A stretch of 64,000 nt of DNA. Origin: Macrostomum hystrix. Lineage: Eukaryota; Animalia; Platyhelminthes. The notes under the pieces are model-generated. The model saw only the letters and a list, made by a program, of their open reading frames with translations, was not told the DNA's origin and made no database searches. Positions 11,778-24,682 of the stretch are shown piece after piece. Position 1 is the first letter of the stretch, and each line of letters starts with the position of its first letter. Position numbers and translations under genes: made by a program. The DNA is taken from NCBI GenBank assembly GCA_950097015.1, contig CATNEN010000010.1:2108001-2172000 (forward strand). The letters are read 5' to 3'.

Positions 11778-13273
11778 AGAATTTGAAGACTTAGAGATTT
11801 AATTTATTCTAAATATTGGTGACATTATATTAGAACTGAGTCTCGGAACAACCTTGATGAACTAACTCTCGTTGAGTATCTCGATGTTTTGTGATTCTGG
11901 GAGTAGATTGATCGACCAAAAAAATGTATGTTACTTTCTGGATTTTTTATGGAGATTGGTTGAATATTTTTGGAGATACAGAAAAAAGTAAAATGAGTGT
12001 TTAGAAATACTTTCTTCTGTTTTTATCAGTCATTTTTTTAAACTATCATTTTTTATAAAAAACTAGGATGCTTTTTTTACAGATGGCAAAGATTCAAGCA
12101 TGCTACACTACACAGTACGCTGAATGGTGATAATGCGATCGCGTCTCGCGACACTCTACTACGAGTAGTCTAGGGCGAAATACATATAGGTAAAAATGCA
12201 ATATCCATTCTTTCCCAGTCTGCCCAAAGCTTTTTCTTAGGGTCGCAGGTGTCCTCTTATCAGACCATCAGCCGAATCGAAAGTGTCCATTCAACAGCAA
12301 TCATTATCTACCTCAGCAAAACATTCTGTTTATTATTTATAAGCCTCCTATCCTGTCCACCTCCTGTAGTATATTAGCACATGATAGCGACTCATGGAAC
12401 TTGGCTAGAAAAGAAGAGATGGCAAAATACAATTAATTAAAAAATATTTTATACTTGCTGAGCTCTTTATCAAGGAAAAATTCTCTCTTTAAACAATCCA
12501 TTGTATTTGCCTTTAGCAGAGACACAGAAACGCAGGACTGTCAATTAATGAAAGCATCGATAGCAAAGTACTTTTAAGCGATATTCAGGCTGAAAATCGA
12601 ATGGAAAAATATTAACTATCTATAAATATAACGTAGACTCAGGTAGCCATCTTGTGACACAGCCAAAACTCGTACACCGCCAAAAAGGAAAGTCGTGGCT
12701 GTGCCACCGTCTCGATTAGACAAAATCACAAGACTCAAAGCTATCAGCTTTGAGTACGGAAATGTATGAGCATTGAAGCCGAGCCACGGCGCATGTGTAC
12801 TCTTGGAGGGTGCAGCGGATTCACCAAACAACAATTCACTTTCGCAAACCGTGGCGCAGTAGACTAAGCATGACCAAAGCAGGACAAAATACTGAGACAA
12901 ATGGCTCGAAAAGCCTGACTAAGCATGACGGACGAAGAAAATAGGAGTACGCTTGAGCAAAGACGTGTGTTAGCAAAGGGATCAATTGCTTAAATACCCA
13001 ACGGGTAAATAGTGTAGTTCGGCGCAGTGGGAGAGTGGCAAGTGATTCGTAGCTCGTACGTTACAACGCTGGAATAAATCGAAACGATCTATACAAACCA
13101 TGCTGAATGATGATTGGTAGCAAGCATTATCTGAAGCACGTGTTACAGCAGTGAATGTGAATGCACAGGTGACTACTTTGAGCTTGTACTCTCGTACGAA
13201 TGACTAATGAGTTTCAATGCGAGTACTCAATCAGTACTGCTTCAAACATTCGGGACAGACTGCACGGGCGGGT

Positions 13274-14383
13274 TTACAAGAACCTGGCCAATGTGTCATC
13301 GTCGGATCCTTCCCAGCCCAAGGGCAGACAGTCGAACGCGTAGTTCTCGCCGTAGTTGCTGTCCCAGAAGGTCTGCCCGAGGGTGTCGTAGCGAATACAC
13401 AGAGCGGCTCGATTGCCTGCTGCAGCGCCGAAGCCCGCAGGTAGAGGCACCTGGAAGACGAACTGGTCCGTCATGTCCGCGGCTTTGTTCGTCGACTCAT
13501 AGACAGCGGCGACCTCGCTGCAGCTGCGCCACGCATCGAATGTGACGCGAACTGTTACTCGCTTCTCGAAGTGCAGGTTGCATACCCGGATTTGTCCCGA
13601 CAGCATGGAGCTGCCAGCATCGACCCCAGCTCGCTCCAGCATCACCTTCTGTGACATCACGCGCGAAATGAAGCCCGCGCAACCGCCCGGCTGCGGGAAG
13701 CACGGGCTCACTAGGAGGCGGCGCTTCGGCTGCGGAGCTGGAGCCAGCGAATCGCGCCGATAGCCCAGCTGTCGAAGAGCGGGTTCCGTCTCTGGCGGCG
13801 ACTCGAAGTTGAACACGTGACGCACCTTGATGAGATCCAAGCCCAGCGAGTCCGCGAAGCGCACGACCTTCTTGGTGCGCCTTCTTCCATCGCTGCTGGC
13901 GCTGTCAGTTGAGCAGTTACTTCTTAGCGACGAGCAACGCTTAATGGCTGATCTAGATGCCCAGGGTTCCACCTCCTCTTCCTCGTCCTCATCTGCCTCA
14001 TTCTCTTCACCAGGTTCCAGGGTTTCAGTTTCTTCTCCAGCTTCCATGGCCTCATTGTCTTCGCCAGCTTCATCTGAAAAGGCCTCGTCAACATCTTCGA
14101 CTTTCTCCACGGCCTGAGAGCAGCTGCGCTCCACCCAGCCGCCGACGTTGGCTGCCTTCTGGATGTCCACGCCGCTCTCGCGCAGTCCGAGCTCCTGGAA
14201 CGCCCTCGTGAGGCTGTCGCAAACTCCGGACTCCAGGCTAAATATCCCGGACGAGGTTTCACTCATTTGCGATGTTGTGGATGAATTCCTGTACGCATTG
14301 GCCTCTTTGGCTGTAACAGACGACGTTTCTTGCACGTCGTGCAGCACTTCGCCTTGATCATCGCCAGTACGATAGATACTCAT
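13274..14383 (-). CDS. PPP1R3: Protein phosphatase 1 glycogen-targeting regulatory subunit (PPP1R3 family, CBM21 domain), 369 aa, single coding exon
   Basis: PP1-docking KKVVRFADSLGLDL (RVxF) motif followed by CBM21 motifs GQIRVCNLHFEKRVTVRVTFDAW...DQFVF...CIRY...FWDSNYGENY. Confidence 0.92.
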   Translation of the reverse strand: MSIYRTGDDQGEVLHDVQETSSVTAKEANAYRNSSTTSQMSETSSGIFSLESGVCDSLTRAFQELGLRESGVDIQKAANVGGWVERSCSQAVEKVEDVDEAFSDEAGEDNEAMEAGEETETLEPGEENEADEDEEEEVEPWASRSAIKRCSSLRSNCSTDSASSDGRRRTKKVVRFADSLGLDLIKVRHVFNFESPPETEPALRQLGYRRDSLAPAPQPKRRLLVSPCFPQPGGCAGFISRVMSQKVMLERAGVDAGSSMLSGQIRVCNLHFEKRVTVRVTFDAWRSCSEVAAVYESTNKAADMTDQFVFQVPLPAGFGAAAGNRAALCIRYDTLGQTFWDSNYGENYAFDCLPLGWEGSDDDTLARFL

Positions 14384-15407
14384 GGCTGGCTATCAGGGTT
14401 GTGGACTGAAATTTTACAGCAGGGGCAAGGCTGTTTTCCGTCTGCTTTCGACTTTTCACACATTTCTACTGGCAAGTAGTGAGGACGGAAAGAACTCTTA
14501 GCTTAACTGATCGTACACAAAATGCATTCCAGAATAAAACTACATTCCCTAGACCCGGGCGAGGGTAAACAATTCTGATCGCCAGCCTTCCAGTGAAAGG
14601 CGCAGATGTTGTTGCTGCCAAATGATTCCTTTGTCAAGCGAAGCCGGCAAAACTTACAGAAGAAACGAACCCACGTTATTGAGTTCAAAGTGTACTTTTT
14701 AGTGACTGTCCTACATTTTTAGAGACTTGCAAATGAGGTAATCATTTTAGAAAGCGATACTTCTTGTTCTAGGAGAACACATTCTGTGCAGTAATTTTGT
14801 TAAAAACCAAGCACATTATTATGTCTTACCGGTTGCAACGCGGATACTCTGTTGTAGGAATAGACAGCAAGGGCAAACGAGGAGATAAATCCTGTACACA
14901 GGCAGAGCCCTGCCTTCGTAGTCTGTAAAGCGATCTTCTGGTGTTACAGGGAGAGAATCTAGGTTCAGTTTGCGTTTCTGTCGGGGGCATTCTGTGCTTA
15001 TAAACTTTTGCTACAGTCCCCAGTCTCTCCCCCAAGGCTGTCCACGCAGCATCTGATTTCATTGGACTGAGCGGGCAGACTTTCTGGGTTCAAACTGAGG
15101 TCGCTGCAGTCTGAATGAACACTGGGCAGGAATTGAGATTCTCTGTACCCTGTGAGTGTGTTCGTGTGCGCTCTGTCCCGTCTCCTCCTCTTCCTCTCTC
15201 TCCGCTGCTCTTCCTCTCTCCGTGACTGCGTACAAAAATGTTCTTAGAGAGCGTTTTATAGCTCGTACTGGAATTTTTTCAACTCGTATTGACTAGTCGT
15301 GCTAACTTTGCAACTCGCAGTTTTAGGGTGTAAACAATGCTATTCAGATAAATTGCATGGTGCATATAAAAGCTTAACACGCTTGATTTACTAGTTTAAT
15401 GCATTTT

Positions 15408-18037
15408 TCTGTTCTTTTCCTGTTCTCTCCCCTCACACTTCTGTTCTCTCCGATCCGACTCCTGTTCTCTCCCCTCACACTCCTGTTCTCTCCCCTCACA
15501 CTCCTGTTCTCTCCGATCCGACTCCTGTTCTCTCCCCTCACACTCCTGTTCTCTCCCCTCACACTCCTGTTCTCTCCCCTCACACTCCTGTTCTCTCCCC
15601 TCACACTCCTGTTCTCTCCCCTCACACTCCTGTTCTCTCCCCTCACACTTCTGTTCTCTCCGATCCGACTCCTGTTCTCTCCCCTCACACTCCTGTTCTC
15701 TCCCCTCACACTCCTGTTCTCTCCCCTCACACTCCTGTTCTCTCCCCTCACACTCCTGTTCTCTCCCCTCACACTCCTGTTCTCTCCCCTCACACTCCTG
15801 TTCTCTCCCCTCACACTCCTGTTCTCTCCCCTCACACTCCTGTTCTCTCCCCTCACACTCCTGTTCTCTCCCCTCACACTCCTGTTCTCTCCCCTCACAC
15901 TCCTGTTCTCTCCCCTCACACTCCTGTTCTCTCCCCTCACACTCCTGTTCTCTCCCCTCACACTCCTGTTCTCTCCCCTCACTCTCCTGTTCTCTCCCGC
16001 CACACTCCTGTTCTCTCCCCTCAACTCCTGTTCTCTCCCCTCACACTCCTGTTCTCTCCCCTCACACTCCTGTTCTCTCCCCTCACACTCCTGTTCTCTC
16101 CCCTCACACTCCTGTTCTCTCCGATCCGACTCCTGTTCTCTCCGATCCGACTCCTGTTCTCTCCCCTCAACTCCTGTTCTCTCCTCTCACACTCCTGTTC
16201 TCTCCCCTCACACACCTGTTCTCTCCTCTCAACTCCTGTTCTCTCCCCTCAACTCCTGTTCTCTCCCCTCACACTCCTGTTCTCTCCCCTCACACTCCTG
16301 TTCTCTCCCCTCAACTCCTGTTCTCTCCCCTCACACTCCTGTTCTCTCCCCTCACACTCCTGTTCTCTCCCCTCACACTCCTGTTCTCTCCCCTCACACT
16401 CCTGTTCTCTCCGATCCGACTCCTGTTCTCTCCGATCCGACTCCTGTTAGCTCCCCTCAACTCCTGTTCTCTCCTCTCACACTCCTGTTCTCTCCCCTCA
16501 CACACCTGTTCTCTCCTCTCAACTCCTGTTCTCTCCCCTCAACTCCTGTTCTCTCCCCTCACACTCCTGTTCTCTCCCCTCACACTCCTGTTCTCTCCCC
16601 TCACACTCCTGTTCTCTCCGATCCGACTCCTGTTCTCTCCGATCCGACTCCTGTTCTCTCCGATCCGACTCCTGTTCTCCCCTCACACTCCTGTTCTCTC
16701 CGATTCGACTCCTGTTCTCTCCGATCCGACTCCTGTTCTCCCCTCACACTCCTGTTCTCTCCGATCCAACTCCTGTTCTCTCCGATCCGACTCCTGTTCT
16801 CTCCGATCCGACTCCTGTTCTCCCCTCACACTCCTGTTCTCTCCCCTCACACACCTGTTCTCTCCCCTCACACTCCTGTTCTCTCCCCTCACACTCCTGT
16901 TCTCTCCCCTCACACTCCTGTTCTCTCCCCTCACACTCCTGTTCTCTCCCCTCACACACCTGTTCTCTCCCCTCACACACCTGTTCTCTCCCCTCACACT
17001 CCTGTTCTCTCCCCTCAACTCCTGTTCTCTCCCCTCACACTCCTGTTCTCTCCCCTCACACTCCTGTTCTCTCCCCTCACACTCCTGTTCTCTCCCCTCA
17101 CACTCCTGTTCTCTCCCCTCAACTCCTGTTCTCTCCTCTCACACCCCTGTTCTCTCCCCTCACACACCTGTTCTCTCCTCTCAACTCCTGTTCTCTCCCC
17201 TCAACTCCTGTTCTCTCCTCTCAACTCCTGTTCTCTCCCCTCAACTCCTGTTCTCTCCCCCCACACTCCTGTTCTCTCCCCTCAACTCCTGTTCTCTCCC
17301 CTCAACTCCTGTTCTCTCCCCTCAACTCCTGTTCTCTCCCCTCACACTCCTGTTCTCTCCCCTCACACTCCTGTTCTCTCCCCTCAACTCCTGTTCTCTC
17401 CCCTCACACTCCTGTTCTCTCCCCTCAAACCTGTTCTCTCCCCTCACACTCCTGTTCTCTCCCCTCAACTCCTGTTCTCTCCCCTCACACTCCTGTTCTC
17501 TCCCCTCACACTTCTGTTCTCTCCGATCCGACTCCTGTTCTCTCCCCTCACACTCCTGTTCTCTCCCCTCAACTCCTGTTCTCTCCCCTCACACTCCTGT
17601 TCTCTCCCCTCACACTCCTGTTCTCTCCCCCCACACTCCTGTTCTCTCCCCTCAACTCCTGTTCTCTCCCCTCACACTACTGTTCTCTCCCCTCACACTC
17701 CTGTTCTCTCCCCTCACACACCTGTTCTGTCCCCTCACACTCCTGTTCTCTCCCCTCACACACCTGTTCTCTCCCCTCACACTACTGTTCTCTCCCCTCA
17801 CACTCCTGTTCTCTCCCTTCACACACCTGTTCTCTCCCCTCAACTCCTGTTCTCTCCTCTCACACTCCTGTTCTCTCCCCTCAACTCCTGTTCTCTCCCC
17901 TCAACTCATGTTCTCTCCCCTCACACACCTGTTCTCTCCCCTCAACTCCTGTTCTCTCCCCTCAACTCATGTTCTCTCCCCTCACACACCTGTTCTCTCC
18001 CCTCAACTCCTGTTCTCTCCCCTCAACTCATGTTCTG
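15408..18037. repeat. Pyrimidine-rich 19-21-bp minisatellite (CTCCTGTTCTCTCCCCTCACA)n, about 2.6 kb
   Basis: Visible periodicity; the long ORFs across it are repeat translations. Confidence 0.95.
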
Positions 18038-19611
18038 CTCATTTGCCATTACCTCATCTCGCTAATCCACTTGTCTTGCGCTTTTTAGAATCTGCACTTT
18101 TCTCACTGCTGCTGAAATCACAGCAGTGGAATCTACTACTGCCAGAAAGGCACATCCATCACTTCTACGTCCGCTCGCTGTACTTTTGGTATCCAAAAAT
18201 ATTTATTTTCTATTATTTTATTTTTTTCCTATACACATTTCATTTGCATGTGTTAGCGCAACGGGCTGTGTCTAGGCTAGGACAAATTCAGAAATAATTT
18301 AGTTCATGAATGCACTTGCCTGTAACTTTCCACAGGGTCTGCGCCAGTGCACTTTTGTCTTTGGCAGATTTTTTCAGAAGAAGAAGTACACAAATGTTAA
18401 TAGTAATATTATTGTGTCCCCAGAGACAGGGCTTGGCTGGCACTGCCGGCCGCACCCCCGAGTACTCCACTAAAGCCCCAGCCCCCTATCTCTATTCGAC
18501 TTTCTGCTTGGGTCTTCCTCCAGCAGAGCGAACCGATACTGTCATTTTTCTGCAGTTCGAACACTCATTCTCACTGTGCTCTGTTATCTCCGGGGCCAAG
18601 TCCTCAGGTTGAGTAGAATAGCTAAACATTAGAATGAAGAATTTGGTTAAAAGTATTGCGAGCGTTGAGTAGCGTTAAAACTCTGAATTTTCTGCCCTTT
18701 TGCATAGTTATCAGACTCATAGATAGGATGAACCTGTTTAACCAGATGTACAGTCTGTCAGTCAGTGGCACAGCCCATTGCGTACAGGCTGCATGCAGTG
18801 CAGCTGCTCAGTCTAAGCAATGGGGTCAGCGGCACCCGCCAAGCGTGAAAGAAACTAATATTTCCTGATTACTGACACAGAAAGTTTTAAACACTTCATT
18901 CGAGCTAATGAAAGAATAAAGCGAACTTTTGAAACGGTTGAGTTGATTCTACGTGCCTGTTTACTCACATTGTGTGCGCACCTGTGACGGCAGCGAGGAG
19001 TATCAGCTGAATTTACTGCTTAAAAAATTATCTAGAAAGTTTTCTGGAAAATTATCGCAAACTTAAAAACTGGTTGGCACTTGAAAATTGTCTCAGACAA
19101 AGCTGAAAGTGTGAATAACAACTCGGAGGGTGTCCCTGTTTAGGTTCGTGAAGAGGTCAGCAAGCGAAGAGAAATTCACCTAATTGGTGCTGCTAATTTG
19201 TTGCCTCCGAGTTTCGGTACGAATAAGAAGCTAGAAATAAAAAATTCACAATTTCCTGAACTGTGTTAAAGTCTGGAAGCAGATTTCGGAAGACCTAAGA
19301 GTTAATTGCGATTTAGCGTCAAACTTTCTGCTTAGACAGACGAAACAATTTTCGGAAATTGCTCAGTCCAAGCTGGGGAAACTGGTACAGCTGACCTGAA
19401 ATTTGAGCGTCAGTAATTTTGCTGGTGGCTGCCAAACCTGACGATCTTTTCGAATCGGAGAAGACTCCACTAAGAGGTGCTTTATAACACGGTTTTAAGC
19501 TAATAAAGCGTGCTTAAATGCTTTTGGTAAATGAAAAATGGGGAGATTAGTTTTTAGTCTATGTACCAGACCATGCGGGAGTCACGAAAGCAATGGTGAT
19601 TACCATGGACG

Positions 19612-19920
19612 TCATCCGCTGGGTCCGCGACCTGTTTACGAACCGGCGCGCTTTCGTCCGCTCATGCGGCTCGGCCGGCCAGATCCGGATTTTCCGGATG
19701 GGCTTCCACAGGGATCGGTCCTGGCGCCAACCTTCTGTATCATCTTCATAGACGGCCTCATGGAGGACCAGCTCATCCCACGAGTTGGACGCCGCTCCGC
19801 CTGTCTACCTCGAGGGCTCTGCGCTTATTTACTGCTCTTGCTAGAAGCTACTGGGCGTCACTTTTGACCCGCCGCTGAAGCTCCACCGCCATACATAGAC
19901 CTTGTACCGCACCTACGCCG
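19612..19920 (+). mobile_element. Degenerate non-LTR retrotransposon reverse-transcriptase fragment
   Basis: Frameshifted pieces WVRDLFTNRRAFVR, GLPQGSVLAP..IIFID and KLLGVTFDPPL match conserved LINE RT motifs. Confidence 0.7.
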
Positions 19921-21949
19921 AGACGGTGGTTCTGGATGGGGTTTCATATTTCTAACATTGTAGCTGTTTCAGATTAGTTCACAATAGATGAATTTGGCTA
20001 AAAATTACATTATCCATATCCATAATCCATATTCGCTTAAAAATACCTTCAACAATTGTTCTCCACGAGTCGAGAGCCTTGCGTACTTCTCATTTAGTAG
20101 TTTTTGTAATCACAACTAACCCGAGCTATAGGATAAAGCTATATGAAAATCTGGCTCGCAACAGAAAGCTATCGAAAGGACAGAGTCACGACCAGTCTGT
20201 TTGTTCGAGCGAAATGACGACAAATAAGAATTACGGTAGACAAACACAAACGGACCCACATTTCGTCAAATCCAATGCTGATTTAATAATTATTTAGCTT
20301 AAAATTAAAATCAGATGCAAAGCATTAAAAGCAAAGTCGGATCGAACATCAGTGGCTCTAACGCAGGGCTGCAATTAAACCATCTCATTTCCAATCTTGG
20401 CTAATCGGCGTACCTATTAGGTGCCTATTTTCTAGTGCAATTTTCTCTTTAGAGATGTTCACCGAAGAATTGAAATCCTCAGATCGCCATGTCTACTCGC
20501 TCGGCCTGTCTACAGCTCCAGCCCTACGAACATTGAATTGGCTGTTGAGTTTGGCAAAAAAGTCTCACGGACCAGAGTTGTAGAGCACCACATTGCACGT
20601 ATTCAAACACAAAGGGCTTTGGAGCCACAAAGCATCACAACTAGAATGCTGCCGGAGCCCAACACGGTAGGAATTATGACAAAAAAGATAATTGCTGACA
20701 GTTTGTGTGTTCTTGGAAATCCATTATCTTAATATCCAAATCATTGGGCCTGTAATTACATTCGATACGCAATACCGACGTATTCCGCACATTCTTTCGC
20801 TCGTTGGTCTAATTGACCTTCTGAGAGAACCATACGCCCCTACCTAAATATTCCCATTTAATAAAACTCGCTAGGTTCTGATGAAAAGTATCGACCATGA
20901 GCTATGAGCTAAGATGCCAAGGCACAATAAGGAGGCTAATTCGACTGGAACGCTAAGATAGCAGGAGGACATAAAAGGACAGGTATTTTTTTACAGATAT
21001 GTAATGCAGTATCTTTTTGGCTCTATGAATAAAATTGCAAGAACGGTACGCTAAGGGTTCATTGAAGGTGACTTATCTCGCTAATACAGGTTGACATTTA
21101 AGTGTTTTGAACAACTGTATTCTTGCTTCACTCCTGAGGCACAAGGCAAAAAGTAACAAACAAAAAACATTATTTTAGAGCGTGCAGTTTACAAACCTTT
21201 GACATTCACTGTCCTGCAACTAATGCACAGTGCGCACATTTTTGAGATGCGCTTTTTTCCGGATTGTTTCGGAGCCACAGAGCCCAGACGTGGAGTGCAA
21301 GCTGTTTAGTAGAGACAAGGAATTCTCGTTCTCTAGCTAAATTTGAATTGACTGGTCATGGTTGAAAGTTTTCTCTCGTTACAACGCTTAATACCAACAT
21401 GGTATGGGCCTACTATTAGTAGACAGAAAGCAAAGGTATTGCCTTTCATTTTCAGCTGATTCCGCATTTTTTCTGTTGCAACTACTGTTGTGGCCCTTTC
21501 GCGAAATTGAATAAACAAAATAAGCAGCTATGCTCAATCGACACTGCTCGTGCTCAGTGCATTATGATTCGAGACACATTCTTGACATAATGTACACTAA
21601 AATTGTTATATTGTTTCGTTGAAGGCAATGTTTGTGAGTTCGCTTGAACTAGACAGAAAAACCCAACGATCGATACCCAACCCAACAACGATAAGAAACG
21701 AGCAGCCCAGCCAATAATAATGAAAACGACATATATTTTTTCACTAAAACGGCTCTTTTAGGGGCCACAACAAAAATGATTACAAATAATCGCGTGACAT
21801 CCTCGCTTAAAGCTTGATATTCATGCGACATCCTATCATCCAATAATATTTCCTTAATGATCCCAATTAGAACCGTCTGCTACTGCTATATCAACTGCTA
21901 CAACAGTTGATATAGCATCCGGCGATGCCGATAAGGCCGGAAGTTAGAG

Positions 21950-22930
21950 TCGCCCGATGAGCACCGCTGGGGAGTCCATCAACTCCTCCGATTAGAGACA
22001 GCTCGGAAGCCGTCGCCTCTTGGACAGTGTCCACCTTGCCGCAGTCTGGACAGAGGGGCCAGGGGGAGTCGTCGATGCCGAGCTGATGGCGGGTGCTTTA
22101 GTTGACGGTACTGGCGCCGGCGCGCAGCCGATTGATGAGCACCTGCTGGCGTCTGGGTAGTTCCGACGGCAAAGTCCAGGTCGGCCGAGCGCTGAGCTAG
22201 CTGTCTGTGGCGATCGTGACAGGCCTAAGGGGGTCAGGCAGGGAGCGACAAAAGCTAGAACCTTCAATGCTGGTCGTGAGTTCGGCGGTGAAGCCACTGC
22301 AGAACGCTCCTGCCACCGCGAGATGCTCCGTACCGGGCGGGTCCCACTCGGCGATGGCGGCGCCGCCTCCGCAGCGGACGACTTCGAGGACGGAGCCGCC
22401 CGTCCAGATGATTTGATATCCGGATCTAAGCTGGTCGATTCCAGTCGGCGGGAGCACTAGGTGGCATCGACTGCTGGTGACCTTGCTGAGGCTGATGTCA
22501 AAGCAGATCAGCTTCGTGAAGTGCTTCCCTGGTCGCAGCTTGGTGTCGTGGAGGATAACAGCACATGGTTGGATGGTTTCGAGTCGCGCAGCCATCTCGG
22601 TGTGACGGGCGAGCAGCCCGTTGCAATCGAGCTGCAGGACCAGGAGCTCTGGGCCGGGTCTCTTACGCCTTCTGCGACGCCGTTGTCTCGTCTGGTTGGC
22701 CAGTACCGGCTTCTGGTTGTCCGACTGGCTGTCCCCGCCTCTGAAGCGCATCACGTTGTGAAGCTTAGCCAAACTGCCAAAGTGAAGGTGAAGCTCGTCG
22801 CATAGAGCGGGCTGGTAGTTCGGGCTGTTCTGATATTGTTGCAGCACCCCTAGCTGGTGCGACACTTGTCGGCAGCCGATGGAGTTCGGTGCCGTCCTTG
22901 GAGGGGATCGCGTGCCACGTGGAGATGAAG
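21950..22930 (-). mobile_element. Internally deleted, degenerate LINE (APE endonuclease start joined to the C-terminal Cys-rich region of ORF2)
   Basis: LQLDCNGLLAR...VILHDTKLRPG and RCGGGAAI (endonuclease-like); ELPRRQQVLINRLRAG...LGIDDSPWPLCPDCGKVDTV (ORF2 C-terminal zinc-knuckle-like); stops and frameshifts present. Confidence 0.6.
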
Positions 22931-24682
22931 GTCTCCACTGACCATTACGTCTCACAACAGGTTTTAGTGATATATATATTGTGATATATATGCAACAGCT
23001 ATTGCTACCGCTTCTGCTTGTACCCTTACATCCCTACTACCACCACTACTACGAGCGTATTATTGTTCCATTCATTGCTAAGCAGTCGCTATTCTATGCA
23101 GTCCAGGAAGTCATAAGAATGCTCAATCGCAGTTCTACCTCGAGCTACGCCCACAGTATACTCAATGCAGCTGAAAACTCCAGTGCTGATTCGGTGGGAA
23201 TTTCTCATGTGGCCATAAAGCCGGGGCCATCCACACTCGTCAAGGTCAAAGCCAGCTGGCAGAACAGTCAGCAAAGAGCGCTCGGAACGGAGCATCCAGT
23301 GCGGGCTGGCCATGACCCGGTCTAATCTAGATTCCTGTGCCGAGGAGCACAAAATTTTTTTCCGGCAATAAATTAACTTTGTTCTTTAGTGGTTGGAGAT
23401 TATTCATAAAAAGTCTCGGAAATTGAGATGAAGTTTCATAAGAATCATTGTTGATCGTAAGGCTTCATGTAAAGTGTCTGCAGTGAAATATATGCAACTA
23501 ATATTGAAAGCAACCAGGTGTATCTCAGTGAGGTTATATATAGTAAACAAGTTTACCATGCAAATTTTACTGAGTTTAAGAAGTCCTCTGGAAACTGTCT
23601 GAAATCACTGACTAGAAACATTTTTAAGAAGCATTGTACACCGGTGGCATTGTTGTCCTTCCTTCGTATTTTTTTCTTACCTCAAAGAAGAATTTAAGGG
23701 AACTTGTTGCAACTTGTCAGTCAAACCCGGTGCACCGTACACTTGTTTCCGCAGAGTGAGAACGCCTCTGTGTACCTGCCGTGATTAATCTAAAAAGCAC
23801 ACGGGTATCCCAAGAAGTGCATGAATCACACTTAGCTATCGGAGGAGCCCAGTCCGCTTTGAACCGGCATTTAGGGAGGCCGGGCCAGAAGATGCGGTCC
23901 CCAAACGTCCCAGCCTCTCCCTCCGCCCCTACCGCTCCTCCTTTCCTCACCATCAGTTTGCTACCAGTGGCAACGGAATGAAGGTGAGGGTGTGAGAGTG
24001 AGTGAGTGAGGGCAGAACAAGCACAGGAGAGAGACTGCCAGATGTTGGGAACAATGGCTTGTACTAGTAATATGCACTCCGAAGTCTGCAACTGTGGCAC
24101 AGATAGCCTGAGACCAATTAGGGCAAGCGGGGAGCCCAGGCTCGCCACTTAAGCTGCATTTAAAGATTCCAAGCACCAGCGGGCAGCTCGGTAGGCTAGT
24201 TTTTTCGCCAAGCGTCTGGACTGCCAAGTACTCCATTGCGCATTCAATCTACAACTGCCCTACAATAGTTGAAGAAGCTTCATACTTCATTATTTACCTG
24301 CTTAGCAAAGGGGCCAGCCATTGTCAGTGAAGTGAAGCTCTCTGTTTGGCAGCTTTCATCGCGTCTCAGATCAGTGCGCTCAATGCTTCCCGCCTTCTAA
24401 CTCACAGGCTGCAGTGTTGCGGGGGAGAAGATTGCCGGCTACATACTCCCGAGCTTCGGCCCTGCTATTTAACTGAGGGCCACTTGGCTACGAAAAGCGC
24501 CGCTAGCAACGACCAAATTAGATATCATTCGACAAGCCGATTGCTCCAGTATTTATTTCTATGTTAGCTGCCTTGTAAACATTCCCCTGAAGTGCCTGAA
24601 GCTCGTGATTCCAGAATATTAAACCGGGTCGCTCAGTCTGTCCCCGGCCAAATCTTAAAGATTCCCCCACCTACGCTTGTTA

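Noticed and set aside
15374-18065. Long ORFs (888 aa on +, 216 aa on -) as repetitive proteins
   Set aside because: They are translations of a stop-free minisatellite, drift between frames, and have no unique coding flanks or splice context
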